Shown here one piece after another: positions 49,140-58,272 of a stretch of 64,000 nt of DNA (position 1 is the stretch's first letter; each line of letters starts with the position of its first letter). The position numbers and the translations under genes were made by a program. The stretch is from a virus: positions 8,814-72,813 of the IMG/VR virus record IMGVR_UViG_3300047353_000337; one strand, 5' to 3'. Under the pieces are notes generated by a model. That model was not told the origin of the DNA and did no database searches. It saw only the letters and a list, made by a program, of their open reading frames with translations.

Positions 49140-50072
49140 ATGACCAAAGACATAGATCTTAACAATATGAATTATTACGAGCTCGAGCCAGAGAATAATT
49201 CGTTTTATGATATAGTAGTTGATATTACTCACCGTTGTAATATGGAGTGTAAGAACTGTTATGTTCCAAATAGATTTATACCAGATATGCGACTAGCTGA
49301 ATATACTAAATTTGTAGCAAAATTACCAAAGCCAGTTATGTTACGCATTGTAGGAGCGGAGCCAACTCTTCATCCAGAACTTACAGAGTTTATAAGAATT
49401 GGATTTGAACACGGGCATAATTGTATCTTAATTACTAACGGACTTCGATTAGCTAGTCAACCCTTTGTAGATAAAGTAGAGGCAACTGGACTAAAACATG
49501 TATACATGAGTTTGAACGGTATAGATAACGATGATTGGTACGAACAGATAGATGAAATGAGATGTGCTACTAAAAAAATAAAAGCATTTATAAATTGTAA
49601 AGATAAGTTTAATATGAATGCAGGAATAATTTTAGTAAAAGGTATTAACGAAGAAGCTCCAAGAGCCGCCTTTGATTTAATTACTAGAGAAAAAGTTCCT
49701 GATATAACCTTGCGTTTTAAGAATGTAGGGCAACTTGGAAGATATCAAAAAGATGCTGACGAAAATTTAAAAATGGCAGATATGGTAAAACTATGTGCAG
49801 ATCAATTAGGTTTTACAGAAGATTATATTTGGAGTCATTATGGTAAGCCTCATCGATATAGTAATGTTGTAGAACCAGGCACTATTGAGTTTCCATTAGA
49901 TCCTAATAATAAAGAAAGATACAAAGGGCAATGGGTAAAGATAACCGATTGGGATACAGATAACGAAGTAGGTATTCCTGATCCTGGTAGTGTACGTAGA
50001 GGGAGAGTAACTAAAGATTGGAAAGTAGCACCTTTCTATGAGCATGTTAAGATGAACGAAGGCGAGTACTAA
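49140..50072 (+). CDS. Radical SAM enzyme (MoaA-like N-terminal core)
   Basis: DITHRCNMECKNCY, GAEPTLHP, ITNGLRL, VKGINE; lacks MoaA C-terminal Cys cluster and GG end. Confidence 0.87.
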   Translation: MTKDIDLNNMNYYELEPENNSFYDIVVDITHRCNMECKNCYVPNRFIPDMRLAEYTKFVAKLPKPVMLRIVGAEPTLHPELTEFIRIGFEHGHNCILITNGLRLASQPFVDKVEATGLKHVYMSLNGIDNDDWYEQIDEMRCATKKIKAFINCKDKFNMNAGIILVKGINEEAPRAAFDLITREKVPDITLRFKNVGQLGRYQKDADENLKMADMVKLCADQLGFTEDYIWSHYGKPHRYSNVVEPGTIEFPLDPNNKERYKGQWVKITDWDTDNEVGIPDPGSVRRGRVTKDWKVAPFYEHVKMNEGEY

Positions 50073-51100
50073 TGAAAGTAAAGGATCTAAAGTTAGATTT
50101 TAGTGATGTACTTATTGAGCCTTGTGAGAGTGAGATTACTCTTACACGTAAAAGTGTTGACATTGAAATAGAGTGGTTAGATACTACAGCAACTCCTGTA
50201 ATAGTATCTAATATGCTTAGTACTGGTACTTATAAGATTGCAAATATACTTACTCCAGAACGCATCTTTACATTCATACACAAAGAATATACTGTTGAAC
50301 AGCATATTAATGAATTAGAAAAAATGAAAGATAGAAGGTTCATAGCTATTACTAGTGGTGTACGCTTACAAGATAGAGAAAAAACAATCGAAGTAATTAG
50401 TAAGTTTCCTGATATCGGAATAATCAATGTTGACATTGCAAATGTATATGCTAATATACAAGGTATGATTGATACAATAAAATTATATAGAGAAAAATTT
50501 CCTAACATACAAATATGTGCTGGCAATGTAGCAACAGCAAGTCCTATACAAAAATTTGTTAAAGCAGGAGCAACATTAATTAAAGTAGGTGTTGGTAGTG
50601 GCGCCGCCTGTAGAACACGTTCAGAAGTAGGTACAGGTGTACCGCAACTAAGTGCTATTATGGATTGTTATACAGAAGCACAAAAGTATGGTGTAGGAAT
50701 TATATCTGATGGCGGATGTGTTACTGCTGGCGATATTTGTAAAGCAATTGGCGCTGGTGCTAAAATGGTAATGATAGCAGGTATGGTGTCTAAGTCAGAA
50801 GAGTGTGATAATATTGTAGAAATAGATGGTAAAAAATATATAAACTTTTACGGTTTAGGTAGTACAACTATGTACAATCGTACAAATCCAACAGAACAAG
50901 AGTATAGGCCTAACGAAGGTAGAGACTTGTTAATACCGTGTAAAGGGTCGATTAAAAGCATTTTAAAGCAGATACAAGGCGGTTTACGTAGTGTATGCAC
51001 TTATGTAGGTGCAGAGAACATAACACAGCTATATAAGTGTACTACGTTTGTTCGTGTAAACAACCAAATTAACAACAGTTTGGCGAAGTATGAACAATGA
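50072..51100 (+). CDS. guaC: GMP reductase (GuaC/IMPDH family)
   Basis: KLDFSDVLI.P, DIAN.Y, AGNVAT, KVGVGSGAACRTR...GVPQLSA, ISDGG..GDICKAIGAGA..VM, FYG.GS, EGR, GGLRS.CTYVGA; no CBS domains. Confidence 0.85.
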   Translation: MKVKDLKLDFSDVLIEPCESEITLTRKSVDIEIEWLDTTATPVIVSNMLSTGTYKIANILTPERIFTFIHKEYTVEQHINELEKMKDRRFIAITSGVRLQDREKTIEVISKFPDIGIINVDIANVYANIQGMIDTIKLYREKFPNIQICAGNVATASPIQKFVKAGATLIKVGVGSGAACRTRSEVGTGVPQLSAIMDCYTEAQKYGVGIISDGGCVTAGDICKAIGAGAKMVMIAGMVSKSEECDNIVEIDGKKYINFYGLGSTTMYNRTNPTEQEYRPNEGRDLLIPCKGSIKSILKQIQGGLRSVCTYVGAENITQLYKCTTFVRVNNQINNSLAKYEQ

Positions 51101-51804
51101 TAGATTATGCTAATATATTAAACAATGGTGTAGAAATAAGCAGTAGTGGTACTACAGGACCTGCTAAAAAGGTCTTTAGAACGCCAGATAACTTAAAGGC
51201 TTGTATTGATGTTGCTATTGAGGCTCAACAGCTTGTACGAAGCTCTAAGGTGCTTACAGTAACTCGTATGACACATGCAGGCGGCTTATTAACACAAACA
51301 TTACCTGCTTATAGTATAGGTGCAGATTTTAAAGTACAACAATTTAATGCTTTTACATTTTTAAAAGATTTTAAAGATTACACACATACATTCCTCGCTC
51401 CGGCACAAATGACCGCACTTATGAATACAAAAGGATTTGAAGATTGTGATCTTACAGGCAAACGTATACTAGGAGGAAGTGATCCTGTTAGTTGGGAAAT
51501 GGTTGAAGCATTTGTAAGTAAAGGTGCTGTTGTACAGCCTAACTGGGGAATGAGCGAAATAGGACCAATTACTATTAATATAGAATTTGATAGCATTGAT
51601 AAAGTACAACACGTAAAATCAAAAACACCAGAAGGTTATACTATATTAGGAGATAAATTTTATTGTGATTGGAAAATAGTCAAACACGAATTATATGTAA
51701 AAGGACCGACTAGTATATATAATGATTGGTATGCTACTGGAGATTTAGTATCTCTTGATATGGGTAGACGGATGTACTATCTTGGACGAAAGGAAAACAT
51801 ATGA
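51097..51804 (+). CDS. Truncated AMP-binding (ANL superfamily) adenylating enzyme
   Basis: SSSGTTGPAK P-loop, HAGG, NWGMSEIG, WYATGDL, YYLGRK; only 235 aa. Confidence 0.82.
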   Translation: MIDYANILNNGVEISSSGTTGPAKKVFRTPDNLKACIDVAIEAQQLVRSSKVLTVTRMTHAGGLLTQTLPAYSIGADFKVQQFNAFTFLKDFKDYTHTFLAPAQMTALMNTKGFEDCDLTGKRILGGSDPVSWEMVEAFVSKGAVVQPNWGMSEIGPITINIEFDSIDKVQHVKSKTPEGYTILGDKFYCDWKIVKHELYVKGPTSIYNDWYATGDLVSLDMGRRMYYLGRKENI

Positions 51805-52370
51805 AAAAGTGTATGTTCAAATTTGATTTTGATTATGATAAAGAAAAACTTTTAAAAGAATCACAGTTACTAAATTATACACCTGTTAATTATAATAATT
51901 TTTTAACACGATCATCTAATGAAACTAACAATGATAATCTTTCTTTTGTTGAAAAAGACAAACAATGGTGGGATAAACAAACATCTTGGAATGCATCAAG
52001 AGAGCCTAAAAGCAAAAATGCTAATCTTTCTGAAAGTAAACGTATTATAGAATTATTCAAAAAAGTTTGTAATACTGATAAAATTAGACCTAGTTTCTTA
52101 ACTCAAAAAAAAGATACAGAAGTTTTATTACATATTGATCCAGGTACATTATGTAAAATCAATCTTGTTTTGCAAGGAGGTCAAACTCCTATAAATTTTC
52201 AAGGATACGGAGACGAACTTTACGAAGTAGCATTATTAAATATAACGTTGAACCATAGTGTACCAATTCAAACAGACCAAGATAGAATATTATTTACACT
52301 ACGTTTTACACATCATAGTTATAACTATGTACGTCGAAATCTACAAAATTATTTTAGGAGCAGTAAATGA
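51801..52370 (+). CDS. 2OG-Fe(II) oxygenase-like protein
   Basis: LLHID..TLCKIN...LLN...NHSV...DRILF. Confidence 0.68.
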   Translation: MKKCMFKFDFDYDKEKLLKESQLLNYTPVNYNNFLTRSSNETNNDNLSFVEKDKQWWDKQTSWNASREPKSKNANLSESKRIIELFKKVCNTDKIRPSFLTQKKDTEVLLHIDPGTLCKINLVLQGGQTPINFQGYGDELYEVALLNITLNHSVPIQTDQDRILFTLRFTHHSYNYVRRNLQNYFRSSK

Positions 52371-52957
52371 GACCATACTTTGAATATGTAGAAGGTATAA
52401 ACTTTTCAGAAGAAACACGCAAAGCACTAGCAGAAAATATTCTATCTAATGCTGAAGATTATATTCGCAGTTCAAACGATCATGCTAACAAGTACGGAAA
52501 GTATGATTGGAATTGGTTTTGTCCAAGGGATTTAATTCCTACACAACTTATGGACGAAGTAGGAAAACTTTTTAAAATAGATGTAGCATATGAAATACTA
52601 GGACAAACACCTTACACTGACGGTAAGATACATATTGATCGTAAAGTAGAAGGACTACCTCCTAGAGTAACACTTATTAATTTTCCTATATATCCATTTG
52701 ATATGAATACATACGGACCAACAAACTTTTTTAAACTTACGTCAGGAAAATATTCTGATTACGATAACGCTGTATTTGAAAAACAATGTAGTGTTGACTA
52801 CAAACATAATAAGCCTGTAATTTTTAACTTACAAGAATATCATAATGCTGTTAATGATACAAATGATTATAGATTTAATTGCCAGTTTACAACTGGTTTA
52901 GAATTTAATGAAATTATTGAATTGTATGATAATAAAGAATTATTTAAACTAAGTTAA
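52367..52957 (+). CDS. 2OG-Fe(II) oxygenase-like protein
   Basis: KIHID...LINFPI...FNLQEYHNAVN...YRFN. Confidence 0.68.
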   Translation: MRPYFEYVEGINFSEETRKALAENILSNAEDYIRSSNDHANKYGKYDWNWFCPRDLIPTQLMDEVGKLFKIDVAYEILGQTPYTDGKIHIDRKVEGLPPRVTLINFPIYPFDMNTYGPTNFFKLTSGKYSDYDNAVFEKQCSVDYKHNKPVIFNLQEYHNAVNDTNDYRFNCQFTTGLEFNEIIELYDNKELFKLS

Positions 52958-54059
52958 CCCAAGCACTGTTTTCATAGCCTTGGAATTTATTATCAGTAGT
53001 ATTGTAAATAACCATTCCGTTTGCGGCTGTAAGTGCATTACGTTCTGTAGTTGTCATTGATCCAAACTGTACAAATCCACCTGAAGTTACATTACCTGCT
53101 GAAACAAGATCGTTGTTACCTTTAATACGTAATGCTTCACCGTACGTGCTAACTGCCCCGTTTCTAGTTCTAATAATAATATCAGCATCAATATTTACTG
53201 TGCTTGCTGAATTGATAACAGTAGTCATATTTGCTGTAATCATATTATTGCCCGAATCATCTAATGCTGACCAAGCAAAGCCGCCAATACTATCTCCTGC
53301 TAGAGCAGTTGTTTTGTTGGCAATAGTACCTCTTGCTTTATAAAAACCAAATTCGTGTGATATAGCACTATCTTGTACGTTTCTCAATTGAAACGTTGAT
53401 AATGGAAATGATCCGGGTACAGTTGTGTTATAATAAAACACATTTGGGTTAACACTTTTTGTACCAATATCAATATTGTTGTCAAATGTAGACGCCTGCA
53501 TAGCATTAATTTTACCAAGCAACTCACCTTTAACAGCATCTACTAAACTTGTACTGTCATCACTAAATAATGAACCAACTACATCACCGTTAACATTACC
53601 AACTACGTTTCCAAAGTGTGTACCTGTTGTAGTACCAACTACGTTACCTGTAACTGATCCTGTAACATCACCTGTTAAGTTACCAACTACATTAGTTGCT
53701 GTAACTGAACTAGTTACTACTGGTCCTACAATTCTTCCGTTTATAGCGTCAACTAGGAGCGTTGAGTCATCACCATAAATGTTACCACGTATGTCAATTG
53801 CTGGATTATCTGTTGCCGCCCAATTTGAACCGTTGTATACAAGGATCTGATCGTTCTGTGCGGCTAACGCTTGTACGTTACCTAAATCTTCTAAATTCTG
53901 TGTTGATACAGATACTGGAGTACCACCTGTTGTGGCTCCGTCTCCAACAAATACTTCTTTGCTGTCTGTTGTGTAAACAAGTTCACCTTCAGCTGGTACA
54001 TAACCTGGACTGGTTTGTAGTGCTGTTTTGGTGCCTCGTTTGATTCGTAAAGTACCCAT
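52944..54059 (-). CDS. Orphan tail fibre/appendage protein (Mtd/hyaluronidase-like N-terminus)
   Basis: LRIKRGT...PAEGELVYTTD..VFVGDG.T.GG; GNLTGDVTG repeats; TTTERNAL..NGMVIYNTT..FQGY...W. Confidence 0.78.
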   Translation of the reverse strand: MGTLRIKRGTKTALQTSPGYVPAEGELVYTTDSKEVFVGDGATTGGTPVSVSTQNLEDLGNVQALAAQNDQILVYNGSNWAATDNPAIDIRGNIYGDDSTLLVDAINGRIVGPVVTSSVTATNVVGNLTGDVTGSVTGNVVGTTTGTHFGNVVGNVNGDVVGSLFSDDSTSLVDAVKGELLGKINAMQASTFDNNIDIGTKSVNPNVFYYNTTVPGSFPLSTFQLRNVQDSAISHEFGFYKARGTIANKTTALAGDSIGGFAWSALDDSGNNMITANMTTVINSASTVNIDADIIIRTRNGAVSTYGEALRIKGNNDLVSAGNVTSGGFVQFGSMTTTERNALTAANGMVIYNTTDNKFQGYENSAWVNLV

Positions 54060-54086
54060 GTAATGCTCCTAATTCATTGTTACATG

Positions 54087-54094
54087 TATTTATA
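54087..54094 (-). promoter_or_regulatory. T4 late promoter consensus TATAAATA
   Basis: Exact match upstream of the orphan fibre gene with AGGAG RBS. Confidence 0.75.
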
Positions 54095-54111
54095 TCAAAA
54101 CTACGATATCT

Positions 54112-54426
54112 CTACTTTTTCTTTTTAGTAGGATTCTTTAAAAATGCTCTAGTTTGCTTTTGAACATCACGTTTTACCTTTGTTGTATTTAATCTAAAGT
54201 CTACATGCACAATATCATCGCCGTATTCGTTAAACAAATCGGCGATAGTGTCGTCTAAATTTGCGCCTGTACTACGTTTAGCATTACAATCTATCTCCCA
54301 TATTTTACCTTTTTTAAACTCGATACGTATCGAATGAAGATAATTTATGGGTATAGTCTGTATATCTATATCTCTAAAAACTTCAGGCCAGTGTTTAATT
54401 ACATCATCAGGTAGTGGCTTTGGCAC
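54112..54426 (-). CDS. Hypothetical protein
   Basis: Probable GTG start at 54426 (PKPLPDDVIKHWPEVF); the longer ORF start overlaps the upstream gene. Confidence 0.62.
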   Translation of the reverse strand: MPKPLPDDVIKHWPEVFRDIDIQTIPINYLHSIRIEFKKGKIWEIDCNAKRSTGANLDDTIADLFNEYGDDIVHVDFRLNTTKVKRDVQKQTRAFLKNPTKKKK

Positions 54427-55066
54427 TAGTTTTCTTCTTTGTAGTAGGAACAAGCTCTTCTGCTTGTGCTCTAAGCGCCTTTGCTTCTTTGTATAGTCTG
54501 TCAGCATCACTGCGATATTTTGCGGCTAAATCAGCATCAGTTAATACACCGTCATTAGGTGCTTGTAAATTAGCGGCTTTTGCTTCAGCTACCACTGCCG
54601 GATTTGTTGGCTTTGGCATTTCACTAACACTACCAGCTTCAGTAATACTTTCACCTGGTTTTAGTTCATTGGGATCTTTAAGAGCCAAGTCACTAATAGT
54701 AACACCTCTTTGATCTGCAATAATTTTGTTAAGTTCATCTAGACCAATTACGGTTGCAGTGTTTGGTGTCATTTCAATTTCACTCATAGGTAACGGTTGT
54801 AATTTACCTGTGCTATGAAACCTTGCTAACATGTTAGCACCATCACTAAGTTGAGTTCTTGACATTACTTCAGCAAATTCAAATGCTGTTTGTGCCGAAT
54901 TACTTTCAACTGTTTTAATTAAGACATCGTGATCTTCATCTCTAAGTGTAGCAGTATCAATTACTAAAGAATTCACAGGTGGATTTTCACCTGGAATAAC
55001 TCTGTATGCTACTACAACTTTACGATTATTTTTCTTAAGTCTGCCTACGTGTTTAATTTCGGCCAT
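54407..55066 (-). CDS. Hypothetical protein
   Basis: 219-aa ORF, AAGGAG RBS, C-terminal helical segment. Confidence 0.72.
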   Translation of the reverse strand: MAEIKHVGRLKKNNRKVVVAYRVIPGENPPVNSLVIDTATLRDEDHDVLIKTVESNSAQTAFEFAEVMSRTQLSDGANMLARFHSTGKLQPLPMSEIEMTPNTATVIGLDELNKIIADQRGVTISDLALKDPNELKPGESITEAGSVSEMPKPTNPAVVAEAKAANLQAPNDGVLTDADLAAKYRSDADRLYKEAKALRAQAEELVPTTKKKTSAKATT

Positions 55067-55359
55067 TATGCATCTCCTTTAGGTGCTTCCGCTGGAGCAG
55101 TTCCTTCAGTCTTTGCTTTTGCTTCTTCTTCAGCTTTCTGGACTGTTTGTAGGAATGCATCTAATTTATTAAATGTTTTTCCAACTGCTTCCATTTCGTT
55201 TGCTTTGAATGCGCCTCTTTGTGATGCGACATCAATAATAGATCTTAGTACTCCAAGATCTTGTACAGTAAGTTCAACCGGTGCTGTTGATACACCTGCT
55301 TGTGGTGCTTCACCTGCGGGTGCCGCTTGAGCTTCTGCTGTTTTATTTTCTTCAGACAT
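55066..55359 (-). CDS. Hypothetical protein
   Basis: 97 aa, AAGGAG RBS; LTVQDL...IIDVASQRGAFKA.E core with Ala/Glu-rich ends. Confidence 0.75.
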   Translation of the reverse strand: MSEENKTAEAQAAPAGEAPQAGVSTAPVELTVQDLGVLRSIIDVASQRGAFKANEMEAVGKTFNKLDAFLQTVQKAEEEAKAKTEGTAPAEAPKGDA

Positions 55360-55399
55360 ATTGTTTACTCCTTGTATGTATTATATATGCACTTAATAT

Positions 55400-55681
55400 T
55401 TATTTGTACTTCAAAAGTGGACATGCTAAAACGAAATAAGAAAGCTCTTTTGGGTCTTCAAACCCTGCTCTAAGAACCGTTTCAATCTTATTTTCTTTAG
55501 TTAATCCTATCACTTTTTTTAGAAAGTATCTCTTTTTTAGATTACTATCAATCCATTTAGAAATAGCATTTTCTATATTATAAGTGTGTGGTAAGTCTAT
55601 TGTGGTAAGATGTGAAGACTCATAAGATAGCCTTCTTATCTCAAAAAAATCTTGAGCAGTAACTCTATTTTTAACGATCAA
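55400..55681 (-). CDS. Hypothetical protein
   Basis: 93-aa ORF overlapping the upstream stop; GFEDPKELSYF.L. Confidence 0.62.
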   Translation of the reverse strand: MIVKNRVTAQDFFEIRRLSYESSHLTTIDLPHTYNIENAISKWIDSNLKKRYFLKKVIGLTKENKIETVLRAGFEDPKELSYFVLACPLLKYK

Positions 55682-56964
55682 CGTGCCTCCTCATAGTGAG
55701 CAGTTACACCAAACGGTGCTTTAGTATTCTTATCATGATGTCCATGTATAATGAATACTGTTTCGCAGTAGTCTTCATCTCCCCAACTACCAAATGGGTA
55801 TCCATCTGTAAACATAATAAACTTCTTAGGTGTTATATTATGTTCTTTCATATATTCCCAATTAGTCATAAAGTCAGTACCGCCACCGCCTTGTATATCG
55901 TAACTAAGCAAGTCCTCACCGCCATCTGCACTAAAGTCTTGTTCATTATATACGGCTGTATCAAATGTCCATAACTTAATATTATAATCTTTATATTCTT
56001 CCATAATGCCTTTAATCTCACCTAAGAAATCTTTAGCCTGATGATCACCAATTGAACCACTCATGTCAAGTCCAATAGCAACATCAATTGTATCCATAAA
56101 GTTCATACCTGGAAGTATTGCACCAGTATGCCAGCCTTTACGTGAAGGACGACTAAACGTATAATCGTTTCTAATTGTAGATTGTATTTGCTGACGTAGT
56201 AGTTCACGCCAGTTCATTTTAGGTTCTGTAAGTTCTTTAATAATACGTTGTACTTCTGCAGGAGTGTTACCAGCACCTGCGGCTTGTGCAGAACTTAACA
56301 TGTTTTCTTTTACTTCGTCACGTATCTTTTTAAGTTCTTCTTTGGTGTATGTAGGACGACCTTCGCCTTTGCCTTCTTTGCCACCGCCTTTGCTTTCGTT
56401 ACTACCTTCTGATTCTTTTTCCCAGTCAACGTGTTCATCAAGTAAATCACCAAGTGCTTCTAAATATTCTTGACCTTTTTCTTCTGCTTGTTTAAACAAG
56501 TCATCATACACTGCTTCACTCATCCAACCATCATATTTAAAGTCTTGATAGCATTGTACAATCTTAACCATTTCACCAATACGGTCACGTACTAATGTAT
56601 TGTTTACGATGTAATCACATGCGATATTGTGTAGTACTGGAATACGATCTTCTCTACGTGTAATATGATCGAAAACACAATGTAAAATCTCGTGTGCGAT
56701 TACAAATTCTATTTCCTTATTGCTCATAGCATTAAAGAATTGTGTGTTATAATATAAATGTTTGCCGTCTGTAGCGGCAGTAGGACACCAATCATCACAG
56801 TTTTTAACAATAAGCCTAGTAGCCATATTGCCAAAGAATGGGTGTCTAAGTAGTAAACCAACACGAGCAACAATAATTCTATCAGCTACGTCTATTCGCA
56901 TTTCTGCAAGTTCTTGCTCAGTAATGTCTGGATTAGGTTGAAAACCTTTTGTATCTATGCCCAT
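55678..56964 (-). CDS. Metallopeptidase-like + VWA domain protein (DUF2201-type)
   Basis: TAATDG, AHEILH (HExxH), NIACDY.VN; C-terminal LDMSGSI MIDAS, GGGGTDF, FTDGY. Confidence 0.9.
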   Translation of the reverse strand: MGIDTKGFQPNPDITEQELAEMRIDVADRIIVARVGLLLRHPFFGNMATRLIVKNCDDWCPTAATDGKHLYYNTQFFNAMSNKEIEFVIAHEILHCVFDHITRREDRIPVLHNIACDYIVNNTLVRDRIGEMVKIVQCYQDFKYDGWMSEAVYDDLFKQAEEKGQEYLEALGDLLDEHVDWEKESEGSNESKGGGKEGKGEGRPTYTKEELKKIRDEVKENMLSSAQAAGAGNTPAEVQRIIKELTEPKMNWRELLRQQIQSTIRNDYTFSRPSRKGWHTGAILPGMNFMDTIDVAIGLDMSGSIGDHQAKDFLGEIKGIMEEYKDYNIKLWTFDTAVYNEQDFSADGGEDLLSYDIQGGGGTDFMTNWEYMKEHNITPKKFIMFTDGYPFGSWGDEDYCETVFIIHGHHDKNTKAPFGVTAHYEEAR

Positions 56965-56998
56965 ATTGTGTACTCCTTGTGTGCCATTTTATACTTAC

Positions 56999-57027
56999 AG
57001 TATACAGTATTTAATACCATTTGTCAA
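56999..57027 (-). promoter_or_regulatory. Sigma70-type early promoter
   Basis: TTGACA-17 bp-TATACT on - strand. Confidence 0.82.
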
Positions 57028-57040
57028 CAGTTTTGGTAAA

Positions 57041-57087
57041 ATATTGGGCAAGGTCTTACCAGCATAAGCCGTTGCCTTGCCCAATAT
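57041..57087 (-). terminator. Stem-loop after the AAA gene (terminator or processing hairpin)
   Basis: Perfect 13-bp inverted repeat ATATTGGGCAAGG/CCTTGCCCAATAT, 21-nt loop, short U-tract. Confidence 0.65.
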
Positions 57088-57098
57088 CACCGTGCCTA

Positions 57099-58187
57099 TT
57101 AGGCACTCTGTGCGGCTTGGATATACTTACCAAAACGCTCATGGAACTCATCAAAACACTCTACTTCATCTGGGTCGATTGGAAGTGAGTATTGTGTTAG
57201 AGCTAGTTTGATACCCATAACAACTAATTCAGTATCAAAGTTATCCATTGCAAACCTTAAGAAGTTATTTACTTTGTTGTCAAACTTCTTATCGTTTTTA
57301 TCGCATGCGTCTTTAAGTTCATAGCAAAGTGAAACAGTCAAGGAATACATGGCACTGATTTCTTTAGTTTCACAATCCTTAACCTTACCTTCAAGTATGT
57401 CAGTAGGGTCAGGAAGTTTTGAAGCAACCTTACGATGCGCCATAAACTTAACGGCAAGTCCTTCGCCGACAGAACCACTTACCAAATCGGTAGTGGTGTT
57501 CTCATCATCATCGTCTTCGATAAGCTCGGAAACAAATGACCAAGAACGAGGTGTAGCAAACGAACGACTTGGGCTCTTTGGATCAAAGTCATACAAGTCC
57601 TTCTTGCTAAAAGTTAAGTAACCAACAACATCTTGGTGTATGTCGTTGTCTACTGCCCACTGGAACCAGTCATCAAAATCAACTGCTAGTTCTAAGTGAA
57701 CAAATCTATTTGCTAACGGAGCAGGCATTCTATAAGTAACACCTTTGTCAGCATCTCTATTACCAGCCGCAACAATCAAAACATTGTCTGGTAATTTGTA
57801 TTGTCCAATACGTCTGTTAAGAATAAGTTGGTAAGCGGCCGCTTGTACAGCCGGTGCCGCAGAATTCATTTCGTCTAAGAACAAAACGATGTAATCGAAT
57901 TGTTTAGCAAACTCTTCCGTAGGAAGTTCTTGCGGTGGTGCCCAAGCCATTACATTATCATTTGCCGAATAGTATGGAATACCTTTAATATCTGTAGGTT
58001 CCCAAAGTGACAAACGTATGTCAATTAAATGTGATTTTTTAAGTTGTTTAGTGATCTGTCCAACGATATCAGACTTACCAATACCTGGAGGTCCCCACAT
58101 AAACACAGGACGTTTCTTTTTAAAAGCTCGTATAATGCTTTTTTTTGCGCCATTAGGTGAAACAGTACGTAGTGCAGTATTTTCCAT
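57099..58187 (-). CDS. AAA+ ATPase (MoxR/dynein-related), partner of the VWA protein
   Basis: Walker A GPPGIGKS, Walker B LFLDEMN, VAAGN, PLANRFVH, TPRSW; start set at 58187 from GAGGA RBS. Confidence 0.92.
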   Translation of the reverse strand: MENTALRTVSPNGAKKSIIRAFKKKRPVFMWGPPGIGKSDIVGQITKQLKKSHLIDIRLSLWEPTDIKGIPYYSANDNVMAWAPPQELPTEEFAKQFDYIVLFLDEMNSAAPAVQAAAYQLILNRRIGQYKLPDNVLIVAAGNRDADKGVTYRMPAPLANRFVHLELAVDFDDWFQWAVDNDIHQDVVGYLTFSKKDLYDFDPKSPSRSFATPRSWSFVSELIEDDDDENTTTDLVSGSVGEGLAVKFMAHRKVASKLPDPTDILEGKVKDCETKEISAMYSLTVSLCYELKDACDKNDKKFDNKVNNFLRFAMDNFDTELVVMGIKLALTQYSLPIDPDEVECFDEFHERFGKYIQAAQSA

Positions 58188-58243
58188 ATTATATTCCTCG
58201 TTTGTTGTTATCAGTGCCATACTTTATTTCTAAGTATGTATAT

Positions 58244-58272
58244 ATTATACGATCATTAACTTCGAAAGTCAA
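58244..58272 (-). promoter_or_regulatory. Sigma70-type early promoter with A-rich UP-like region
   Basis: TTGACT-17 bp-TATAAT on - strand, A-tracts upstream. Confidence 0.82.

Noticed and set aside
33006-50072. RiPP cluster interpretation (radical SAM/SPASM + nitroreductase)
   Set aside because: No precursor peptide, YcaO, RRE/PqqD or exporter seen, and genes abut with little room for a precursor
49140-50072. moaA call
   Set aside because: No C-terminal Cys cluster or GG motif and no other molybdopterin genes
52944-54059. Diversity-generating retroelement target (Mtd-like N-terminus)
   Set aside because: No reverse transcriptase, template/variable repeat pair or C-type lectin tip seen
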